Assembly: GCF_000186885.1 (NCBI RefSeq)
Contig: NC_014972.1
Location: forward strand, 3,690,001-3,722,000
Reading direction: 5' to 3'
Length of the DNA stretch: 32,000 nucleotides
Source: Desulfobulbus propionicus DSM 2032
Lineage (GTDB): Bacteria; Desulfobacterota; Desulfobulbia; Desulfobulbales; Desulfobulbaceae
A model generated the notes under the pieces. It searched no databases and was not told the origin of the DNA. It saw nothing but the letters and a program-made list of their open reading frames with translations. Below are positions 1 to 7,158 of this stretch, piece after piece (position 1 is the stretch's first letter; the number at the start of each line of letters is the position of its first letter). Made by a program: the position numbers and the translations under genes.

Positions 1-248
1 ACCAGGGCCGACCTGACTGTGGTGACGAGAACAAACCCACGATACATCGACGAGTTGGCCACTTTGAGGAGATTGCTGGAAAGCGCCTGATCACCGCTGA
101 TCAATTTTTCAACGATGCGGAAATCGGGCTCTTTTTTGATCAGTTCGCGCTGAATCCGCAGTGAAACGGGATTAAAGACCGGCAGGGAAAGCCGTTCCGA
201 TTCAATGTATTTCTTGAGTAGGGCGACAAAAGTACGTTCGTTGGTCAT
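1..248 (-). CDS. HDOD domain protein, N-terminal part only (gene runs off the left edge)
   Basis: Absent from the ORF track because it is truncated. The reverse-strand ATG at 246-248 opens MTNERTFVALLKKYIESERLSLPVFNPVSLRIQRELIKKEPDFRIVEKLISGDQALSSNLLKVANSSMYRG... This fits the HDOD pattern (LP.lP, then DpaLsskvLkvaNSs.Yg). Confidence 0.6.
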   Translation of the reverse strand, partial: MTNERTFVALLKKYIESERLSLPVFNPVSLRIQRELIKKEPDFRIVEKLISGDQALSSNLLKVANSSMYRGFVLVTTVRSAL

Positions 249-522
249 CCTAAGCCATGGGGTAAGTGGGCCGAAAAGGGCGCGTGGTCCGTCATGCCAA
301 GCGCGCGGCGCCTGAGAGCCTTGCCCGAAGGGCGTTGCCATCGCGTCGGCTCGGCAGGATAGGTAGCATAAAACGCGCGCCAAATGAAGCAAAAGCCGAC
401 ATTCTCGGGTTGTCGCCGCGAAATCGTTCCGGGGAAAGACGGAGAAAAACTGAAAACATCAAGGTGAAAGAGTGCAGCAAGCCCGTCTCCGTAAATGACG
501 GGCCGGGCTTGCGCACGGCCGT

Positions 523-1458
523 TCAGACAGCCTTTTCTCGTTTTTTGGTGTGCTCCAGAGTGGTCATGACCGTGGCCACCATGGAGGAGACATCGGCCAG
601 GTTGGCGGGTAGAATCATGGTGTTGTTTTCCTTGGCCAGCTTGCCGAACTGGTCAAGGTACTTCTTGGCCACCTCAAGGTTGGCCGCATCCTGGCCGCCA
701 GGCTCGCTCAAGGCCTCGGCAACCTGGCGAATTCCTTCGGCGGTGGCCGCCGCTACCTTGAGAATTTCCTGCGCCTGACCTTCCGCCTCGTTGATCCGTC
801 GCATTTTTTCGCCTTCGGACCGGGCAATGGCCTCGGCCCGCTCGCCCTCGGCCCGGTTGATCATCGCCTGACGCTCCCCTTCGGACTTGGCGATTTCCGC
901 CCGTTTCTCGCGTTCGGCCTTCATCTGCTTCTCCATGGCTTCAAGCACGCTGCGCGGCGGCTGAATGTCCTTGATCTCGTAACGCAATACCTTGACGCCC
1001 CAGTTCTGCGAGGCCTCGTCCAGTGCCTCGACCACCTGGCGATTCAGATTCTCCCGCGCCTCAAAGGTGTTGTCGAGGCTGATCTTGCCAATGGCCGAGC
1101 GCAGGCTGGTTTGCGCCAGCTGCGCCACGGCGAAATGGTAATTGTCGATGCCATAGGCGGAGAGTCGGGAATTGACCACCTGCAGATAAAGACAGCCGTC
1201 GATCTCCATGGAAACATTGTCGGCGGTGATGCAGGTTTGGGCCGGAATGTCGATCGACTCCTCCTTGAGGCTGCGTTTATAGGCCACCTTATCGAAAAAG
1301 GGGATCAAGATGTGAAAACCGGCCTCGAGAGTGGTGCGGTATTTGCCCAGCCGCTCGATCACATACTCATACTGCTGATCCACGACCACCGCGGTCTTGA
1401 CCAGGATCACGATCGCAAACACAACCAGGGCCACCACGCCGATGAGCACGTTATCCAT
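523..1458 (-). CDS. SPFH/band-7 (stomatin/paraslipin-like) membrane protein
   Basis: Uses the ORF-track frame 523..1569. I start it at the internal ATG 1456-1458 (MDNVLIGVVALVVFAIVILV, an N-terminal TM helix) because that ATG overlaps the upstream NfeD stop as ATGA. It has an SPFH core (YEYVIERLGKY..GFHILIPF..) and a C-terminal Glu/Ala/Arg-rich coiled coil. Confidence 0.9.
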   Translation of the reverse strand: MDNVLIGVVALVVFAIVILVKTAVVVDQQYEYVIERLGKYRTTLEAGFHILIPFFDKVAYKRSLKEESIDIPAQTCITADNVSMEIDGCLYLQVVNSRLSAYGIDNYHFAVAQLAQTSLRSAIGKISLDNTFEARENLNRQVVEALDEASQNWGVKVLRYEIKDIQPPRSVLEAMEKQMKAEREKRAEIAKSEGERQAMINRAEGERAEAIARSEGEKMRRINEAEGQAQEILKVAAATAEGIRQVAEALSEPGGQDAANLEVAKKYLDQFGKLAKENNTMILPANLADVSSMVATVMTTLEHTKKREKAV

Positions 1459-1922
1459 CAGTGTTCTCCGTTTGTTTTCAGGGGTGCGACCTTGACGGTC
1501 AGGTTTTTCTTTTCCACAATTCGCACGACCGTTCCTTTGGTCACTGGCTCCTCGGAGGTGGCCTGCCAAAACGAACCGCCGAATTTTACCTTTCCTGCGG
1601 CCGGGGGCAGGATATCCTCGATCACCTCGCCAGTAGCATCCTCGGGCAGGCTATGTTCCATGGCATCGACCTCGAGGGTGCGGCCGAGAAAAATTTTTTT
1701 CACCGTCGATCGCAACAAAAGGAGGGCGAGGAGACTGGCGGCGAGAAAAACCAGCAGTTGGGTGGAAAGAGAGATCGGCAGCAGATAGACGGCCAGAGCC
1801 GCACACCAGGCGCCAATGCCGAAAAAAAACACGATCAGTCCCGGCAGGAGCAATTCGAGGGCAAAGAAGACGATACCGCTAAGAAACCACAGCAGAACCG
1901 GCGACAGGGAAAGCAGAACCAT
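1458..1922 (-). CDS. NfeD family membrane protein
   Basis: 154 aa. Hydrophobic N-terminal helices are followed by an OB-like C-terminus (GKVKFGGSFWQATSEEPVTKGTVVRIV). It is translationally coupled (ATGA) to the downstream SPFH gene, which is the classic NfeD-SPFH pair. Confidence 0.85.
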   Translation of the reverse strand: MVLLSLSPVLLWFLSGIVFFALELLLPGLIVFFFGIGAWCAALAVYLLPISLSTQLLVFLAASLLALLLLRSTVKKIFLGRTLEVDAMEHSLPEDATGEVIEDILPPAAGKVKFGGSFWQATSEEPVTKGTVVRIVEKKNLTVKVAPLKTNGEH

Positions 1923-2122
1923 GCGACACTCCAGAAAGAGTCATTTGCGTAGAGGATAGCATAGTCATACCGCCCGGGCAATGCGGGCGAAGAATTTTCT
2001 GGAAAAATGGGTTTATCTGCTTGTCATTATCCGTGTTCTTCCTTAAAACAAAACCATTCGATTTAAATTTTTGAACTCGGCCCCCAAGGTCCAACACTTC
2101 ATCACTGCCTGATTGCATCCAC

Positions 2123-4063
2123 ATGGGCAATCAGCCGGCGTTCAGGATTTCCATGCCCGCATCTCATCCACTGTTTTCTTCCCGCGTCCTGTTGCTGGGA
2201 TGCATGCTTCTCGTGTCGTCTATCGGTTTGGTCGCCTCGACCTCTGCCGAGGAAATCGTCCAACCCGCACGCCCCTCGCACCTGGAAGGAGCGGAAATTC
2301 AATCCACACAGACAAACCAGGACAATGGCCAACCGGTCAGCGACAACGTCTCGCCGGCCGCGACCTTTGACGGCGATCCTGTCCAGGTGTTGATCCAGCA
2401 GCACCTCGAACAGATGTATTACGACAAGCAGGATTCGATTGCCCAGGAACCGATCTATACCACCGGCTACCTGTTTGACCTGTACCGCAGAAACCAGTTT
2501 CGTCCCCTGTGGTCCAATCAGGACAACATCCACCAGCTGCTGACCGCGATCGCCGCCGCCGACGATGAGGGGCTGACTCCTGATGATTACCACCTCAAGG
2601 TGCTCAACCGCTACGCCAGTGAGCTCAACTCGGCACCTTCCCTGGCCAAGCAAGTGGAATACGACCTCCTGTTTTCGGATGCGTTTGTGCTCCTGGGACA
2701 GCATAAACGCTACGGCAAGGTCGACCCCAACAAAGTCGAGGAAAAACAGAACCTGGAAGCCACCACACCACGCACCTCCCCCATTGATACCTATCTCACG
2801 GCGATCAGAACGGGCGCGATCCAAGCGACTCTGGACAAGCTTTCTCCCCATCACAAGGCCTACGTCAACCTCAAGGAAGCACTGATTCGCTACAAACAGA
2901 TCGCCAGCAAAGGCGGATGGCCGCAGGTACCCATGGGACCGAGTCTAAGGCCGGGAGCCCATGACGATCGCGTGCCGGCAATACGACGGCGGCTGGCGAT
3001 CACCGATCATTACCATGCGACCGGTGGCGGCAATGCGAAACAGTACGACAGTCACTTGGTGGCCGCGGTCAAGGCGTTTCAGGCCCGTCACCACTTGGAA
3101 CCCGATGGCGTGGTCGGCAAGAGCACGGTCATGGCAATGAACGTCACGGTGGCGGAACGCATCAAGCAGCTCCGGGTCAATCTAGAGCGGACCCGCTGGG
3201 TGATCCACGATATGCCCAGCTCCAACCTCATCGTCGACATTGCCGGATTCATGCTTCAATATTATCATGACAATGCCCCGGTATGGACCAGTAAGGTGAT
3301 GGTCGGCCAGCCCTTTCATCAGACACCGATTTTCCGTTCGGCCATTACCTACATCGTTCTCAACCCCACTTGGACCATTACCCCGGACATTGTCAAGAAC
3401 GAGACCGTTCCCAGCATCATCAAGGACCCCGGTTATCTAGCCAAGCAACGACTACGGGTTCTCGACAGAAACGGCAATGCGGTTGATCCGAACACCATCC
3501 CGTGGACGCAGTACCAAGGCCGATATTTCCCTTATACCCTGCGTCAAGATGCGGGGCGGGACAATTCGCTTGGCCTGATCAAATTTCTCTTTCCCAACCC
3601 CTATCATGTCTACTTGCATGACACGCCGAGCAAGTCCCTTTTCGGTCGGACGCGACGCGCTTTCAGCCACGGTTGTATCCGAGTACAAAACCCCCTTGAA
3701 CTGGGCCGCATGATCCTGGCGAATGATCCTGGCAATCCAACCACACCCGCCAAGATGGACCAAATCCTTGCTTCAGGGAAGACCACGACAGTGATTCTCA
3801 AGCAACCGCTGCCCATTTATCTCATGTATCTGACCGCAAATGTCCAAGACAACAAAGTCATGTTCAAGCCCGATCTCTACAGCCGTGACGAAGGCATTCT
3901 TACCGCATTGAATACCCCCCCTTCATCGCTGGAACTGGCCCCTCAAGTTCCTGAAGCCAAAGGACAGCTCACCAATCAGCAAGTCAGGATCGACAAAACC
4001 GTGCGATACGTGCAAACAGAACAACAAAAATCGACGGAACCCTATGCAAAAGATACCCTGTGA
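2123..4063 (+). CDS. murein L,D-transpeptidase (YcbB/LdtD-like)
   Basis: 646 aa. It has a signal-like N-terminus (LLLGCMLLVSSIGLVASTSA). It has a peptidoglycan-binding repeat (VAAVKAFQARHHLEPDGVVGKSTVMAMN). It has the YkuD catalytic motif (HDTPSKSLFGRTRRAFSHGCIRVQNP). An alternative start at M11 (2153) is possible. Confidence 0.9.
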   Translation: MGNQPAFRISMPASHPLFSSRVLLLGCMLLVSSIGLVASTSAEEIVQPARPSHLEGAEIQSTQTNQDNGQPVSDNVSPAATFDGDPVQVLIQQHLEQMYYDKQDSIAQEPIYTTGYLFDLYRRNQFRPLWSNQDNIHQLLTAIAAADDEGLTPDDYHLKVLNRYASELNSAPSLAKQVEYDLLFSDAFVLLGQHKRYGKVDPNKVEEKQNLEATTPRTSPIDTYLTAIRTGAIQATLDKLSPHHKAYVNLKEALIRYKQIASKGGWPQVPMGPSLRPGAHDDRVPAIRRRLAITDHYHATGGGNAKQYDSHLVAAVKAFQARHHLEPDGVVGKSTVMAMNVTVAERIKQLRVNLERTRWVIHDMPSSNLIVDIAGFMLQYYHDNAPVWTSKVMVGQPFHQTPIFRSAITYIVLNPTWTITPDIVKNETVPSIIKDPGYLAKQRLRVLDRNGNAVDPNTIPWTQYQGRYFPYTLRQDAGRDNSLGLIKFLFPNPYHVYLHDTPSKSLFGRTRRAFSHGCIRVQNPLELGRMILANDPGNPTTPAKMDQILASGKTTTVILKQPLPIYLMYLTANVQDNKVMFKPDLYSRDEGILTALNTPPSSLELAPQVPEAKGQLTNQQVRIDKTVRYVQTEQQKSTEPYAKDTL

Positions 4064-4271
4064 GCTGACTCTGGGTAATGGCGGTGATGTCATCGTCATG
4101 GTCGTATTGGATGAAGACGGCACCTTGCGCATACCTTGCTATGCCACCTATGGTACGTTTCAGGAAGGCGTGCTCAACTATCGTGTATTACGACCGGACG
4201 ATACCCAACGGGTGCGCAGGGAGGTTTGGGTGGATCAGGATGGCAAGGTGGTCACCGACAAACAAGGCTAG
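4044..4271 (+). CDS. hypothetical small protein (75 aa)
   Basis: Non-repetitive ORF (MQKIPCELTLGNGGDVIVMVVLDEDGTLRIPCYATYG...) that overlaps the transpeptidase 3' end by 20 nt. The RBS is weak and I recognise no family. Confidence 0.35.
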   Translation: MQKIPCELTLGNGGDVIVMVVLDEDGTLRIPCYATYGTFQEGVLNYRVLRPDDTQRVRREVWVDQDGKVVTDKQG

Positions 4272-4644
4272 TCGATTTCAACTGTAGGGCCACCGCCCCG
4301 CTGATCGATGCGCCATGGAGGGGCGGGACCGTGCATGTGGCCTGTGCATCTCCCTGGGCCCACGCTCCTTGGCCACGAAGGGACTGTGGATGACGCCCGC
4401 CCCTTGTTCCCAGCTGGGGCTGTTTGACACCTTCCTGTTTTCCGCAACATTCCCGTTCTCAAGTAGCCCTACTGCAACCGATTGTTACAGGTGTTCTTTT
4501 TTGTCGCCCGCAGGCGGGCACATCCACAGTGCCGCCCCGCCATTCGAGACACGATCATTCTCTTACCGGCATGATGAATAGCCTTCCCATGGATGCCAAT
4601 TCTTTCATCTCCCTTGACTTTATTCACACTGTAGAGTCTATGGT

Positions 4645-4805
4645 CTATTGTTCAGGTGTTCGTAGAAACGTAAAAGGGAACTCCGTGCAAATCGGAGACG
4701 GGCCCGCCGCTGTGACCGGGGACGACCGCTGCACCATGTCACTGACGACTATGTCGGGAAGACGCAGCCAATAGGAAGAACCGGGAGTCAGAAGACCTGC
4801 CTGGA
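4645..4805 (+). promoter_or_regulatory. cobalamin (B12) riboswitch
   Basis: The conserved cobalamin-riboswitch blocks appear in the right order. These are AAAAGGGAA (4672-4680), GTGCAAATC, CGGGCCCGCCGCTGTGA, the B12-box variant GTCACTG (about 4738-4744), GGGAAGAC, and a 3' AGTCAGAAGACCTGCC. The 5' CAGGT pairs with the 3' ACCTG (P1). A possible promoter has its -35 TTGACT at 4614-4619. The element lies upstream of cbiK. Confidence 0.85.
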
Positions 4806-4874
4806 CGGGAGGAGGAAACGACTGCGCGGACGGCGGCGTATCCGATTTGATCATTTCTGTGGATATAAAGGGCT

Positions 4875-4909
4875 ATCCCGGATCGAAATAGTCGATCCGG
4901 GATTTTTTT
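4875..4909 (+). terminator. intrinsic terminator (likely riboswitch expression platform)
   Basis: Perfect 12-bp stem ATCCCGGATCGA / TCGATCCGGGAT (4875-4886 and 4892-4903) followed by a T-run to 4909. It sits between the riboswitch core and the cbiK start. Confidence 0.8.
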
Positions 4910-5029
4910 ATTCCCCTTCCTGTGTCTCCTTTGGTGAAACGCAATCAACTATAGGCTGGCGGAGGAAGCGGTCATGGATGGCTCAGTCCCAGGTGGGCCG
5001 TCATAACCTTTTTTGCGGGAGAATATTGC

Positions 5030-5935
5030 ATGAACATTTTGGAGATCAAAACGCTGGTGTTGACGATAATTTGCTGCGCACTTATAGGAACCGTCTGTTT
5101 CTCAGGCGCTGTCGGTGCAGCCGGTCATGCCGCCGAGGAAAAGGGGCCGGCAATCCTCTTGGTCACCTTTGGGACCAGTGTTGAAAACGCCCAGACAGCC
5201 TTCCAAAACATCGAGCACCGCGTGAAAGAGGCCTTTCCCAAGACTGAAGTGCGCTGGGCGTATACCTCATCGATCATCCGCAACAAGCTTGCCAAGAAAG
5301 GAATCCGGATCGATTCACCGGAAATGGCCTTGTCCCGGCTAATGGACGAGGGCTATACGAAGGTCGCGGTGCAATCATTGCACATGATCCCAGGAGCCGA
5401 ATTCCATGAAATTAATGTCAATAGCCGCTTGTTCGCACAGATGGCTGGGGGGATCGATACAGTCATGGTCTCGCAACCGCTCTTGATCAGCGACGCGACC
5501 ATGGACAAGGTGTTGAACACCGTGCAAACAAATATCATACCCGAGGAACGCAAGGCGGAGGATGCCGTCATTCTTATGGGCCATGGCACGCATCACCCCA
5601 GCGACGCTATCTATGGCGCGCTGATGTACAAGGCACAAAAAAGGGATGCCAATCTTTACGTTGGCACCGTTGAAGGTGCACCTTCTTTTGCTGAGATCAA
5701 GGAGATGCTGCTCAAGAAAAAGACGCAAAAAGCCTACCTCATCCCCTTCATGACCGTGGCCGGCGATCACGCCATGAATGACATGGCCGGTGATGAGCCG
5801 GATTCATGGAAGAGTCAATTAACTAAGGCAGGCATCACTGCCGTGCCCGTGATGAAAGGGTTGGCGGAGTTCGACCCCATCGTCGATATGTGGATTGACC
5901 ATCTCAAGAATACCATGATTCATTTCCACAAATAA
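5030..5935 (+). CDS. cbiK: sirohydrochlorin cobaltochelatase CbiK family, with N-terminal signal-like segment
   Basis: 301 aa. CbiK hallmarks are ILLVTFGTS, VRWAYTSSIIRNKL, VQSLHMIPGAEFHE and MGHGTHHPSD. The N-terminus MNILEIKTLVLTIICCALIGTVCFSGAVGAAG looks like an export signal. An RBS GGGAGA lies upstream. Confidence 0.85.
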   Translation: MNILEIKTLVLTIICCALIGTVCFSGAVGAAGHAAEEKGPAILLVTFGTSVENAQTAFQNIEHRVKEAFPKTEVRWAYTSSIIRNKLAKKGIRIDSPEMALSRLMDEGYTKVAVQSLHMIPGAEFHEINVNSRLFAQMAGGIDTVMVSQPLLISDATMDKVLNTVQTNIIPEERKAEDAVILMGHGTHHPSDAIYGALMYKAQKRDANLYVGTVEGAPSFAEIKEMLLKKKTQKAYLIPFMTVAGDHAMNDMAGDEPDSWKSQLTKAGITAVPVMKGLAEFDPIVDMWIDHLKNTMIHFHK

Positions 5936-6054
5936 GACCGTAAACTAATTAGTGTACAATATATCCACGGTTCTACGATAAGCCTAGTCATTGCAATTGT
6001 TCTCAGCTCCCAGCTCGATGGTTCCGTGGGAGGGATAGACTCGTCGCCTCATCG

Positions 6055-6189
6055 ATAAAAAAACCCCTGTTTTATGAATAAAAAAACAGGGGAAAAATAA
6101 TCAACTTGATCTGCCAAGATCGCGATCTTGTGGCAGGTAAAAAGTGAACAACAAACCGTTCACGCCCATCCCAGGCACACAAACGCCTG
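6055..6189 (-). terminator. cluster of four hairpins ending the island operon (tandem intrinsic terminators)
   Basis: Read on the minus strand after the stop at 6196. The hairpins are CAGGC-N8-GCCTG (6172-6189), GTGAAC-N8-GTTCAC followed by TTTTT (6139-6163), the imperfect palindrome CTGCCA..TGGCAG (6111-6136), and CCCCTGTTTT-N8-AAAACAGGGG followed by a T-run (6055-6092). Confidence 0.65.
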
Positions 6190-6195
6190 TTACGA

Positions 6196-7128
6196 TCATT
6201 GACGTTTTTTTACATTCTTCTTCTCATCTGGCAATGGCACATTATAAACAATATAGGCAAAATCGTTCATTAGTGTGGTGATACCTTGCTCAATCGCTTT
6301 TTCAAAAAGAGCATCGTACTCATAATCAGCCCAAAATGAACGTGGGGATACTTTTACATCATTTCTATTACTCCAAACTATATTGCCATTATATGCGTCT
6401 TGAACCCACATACGAATTTGAACAACAGCTTGTGGAATAGCTCCTAATTCAATTCTATCTTTATCATCAAAATCAGAAGAATTTAAATCATCATACACCT
6501 CAGTCGTTGTTTGACCAATCCAAAATTGCTCATCAGTACCGAAGAAAAATGGGATAATGCCTTTTTTCCACGGTGCCCAAGATGGATCCAAACGATCTCT
6601 GTATTGAATAATTCTACCTCGAACAATATAATCAGCAGAAAAATGTCGTCCTATTTTAACAATTTCTTGGGGACTTAGCCCATGAACAAGAGAAGTATCT
6701 CCTTCTATATTTTTATTATTGTTTTGAGTATCTTTTATATATCTCTTCAATGTTCTTTTCATATTACTTGACCAATCATTGTCAAGTTCATACTCAATCG
6801 ATACTGTTTTGTTTCGATCATAGGAGGTGACATTTATTATATTTTGGTCAGCTAAAAACTTATAAATATCTTCTTGAACAGGAAGATGAAATCCTAACCT
6901 TACAAACTGATCAGCCACGTTTTCACTAACAAAAAGATTCCTACGATAGGCACTTTCCAGATTGTCCGCTTGCGAATAATCGGCGAAAGGCAGAATAACC
7001 ACTGTTTTGTCGGCTCCCACTATATTCTTTTTGAGTGGATCGACTTTCAACGATTCATGGACGGTCGCGCCGCAACCACCAAGGCAAAAGGCGAGGAGGC
7101 AAACGAGTAGATGGTGGCGAAATTTCAT
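6196..7128 (-). CDS. lipoprotein of unknown function (possible LpoB/CsgG/TolB-N-like fold)
   Basis: 310 aa. Lipobox LLAFCLGGC. The motif VVILPFADYS and later strands (ADYIVRGRIIQY, VVQIRMWVQDAYNGNIVWS) resemble the small alpha/beta lipoprotein fold of LpoB/CsgG-type proteins, but this is recognition only, not a search result. RBS AGGAGA. It is the last gene of the operon. Confidence 0.75.
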   Translation of the reverse strand: MKFRHHLLVCLLAFCLGGCGATVHESLKVDPLKKNIVGADKTVVILPFADYSQADNLESAYRRNLFVSENVADQFVRLGFHLPVQEDIYKFLADQNIINVTSYDRNKTVSIEYELDNDWSSNMKRTLKRYIKDTQNNNKNIEGDTSLVHGLSPQEIVKIGRHFSADYIVRGRIIQYRDRLDPSWAPWKKGIIPFFFGTDEQFWIGQTTTEVYDDLNSSDFDDKDRIELGAIPQAVVQIRMWVQDAYNGNIVWSNRNDVKVSPRSFWADYEYDALFEKAIEQGITTLMNDFAYIVYNVPLPDEKKNVKKRQ

Positions 7129-7158
7129 ACCATTTCTCCTGTTATTCTGGGGACAAAG

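Noticed and set aside
266-778. 170-aa + ORF, plus 292..516 (-) and 1111..1952 (+ ORFs)
   Set aside because: They span intergenic DNA or lie antisense to the SPFH and NfeD genes. Their composition is Arg-rich and non-protein-like.
523-1922. NfeD-SPFH pair considered as an unusual system
   Set aside because: This is a well-known, widespread two-gene module. Nothing atypical is seen here beyond the usual ATGA coupling.
2102-2854. 250-aa minus-strand ORF, and 2113..2370 and 2583..2885 on the + strand
   Set aside because: They overlap the L,D-transpeptidase gene and have no recognisable domains.
4293-4326. 7-bp GC stem (CCGCCCC ... GGGGCGG) after the 75-aa ORF, considered as a terminator
   Set aside because: It has a 20-nt loop and no downstream T-run, so it is not convincing as an intrinsic terminator.
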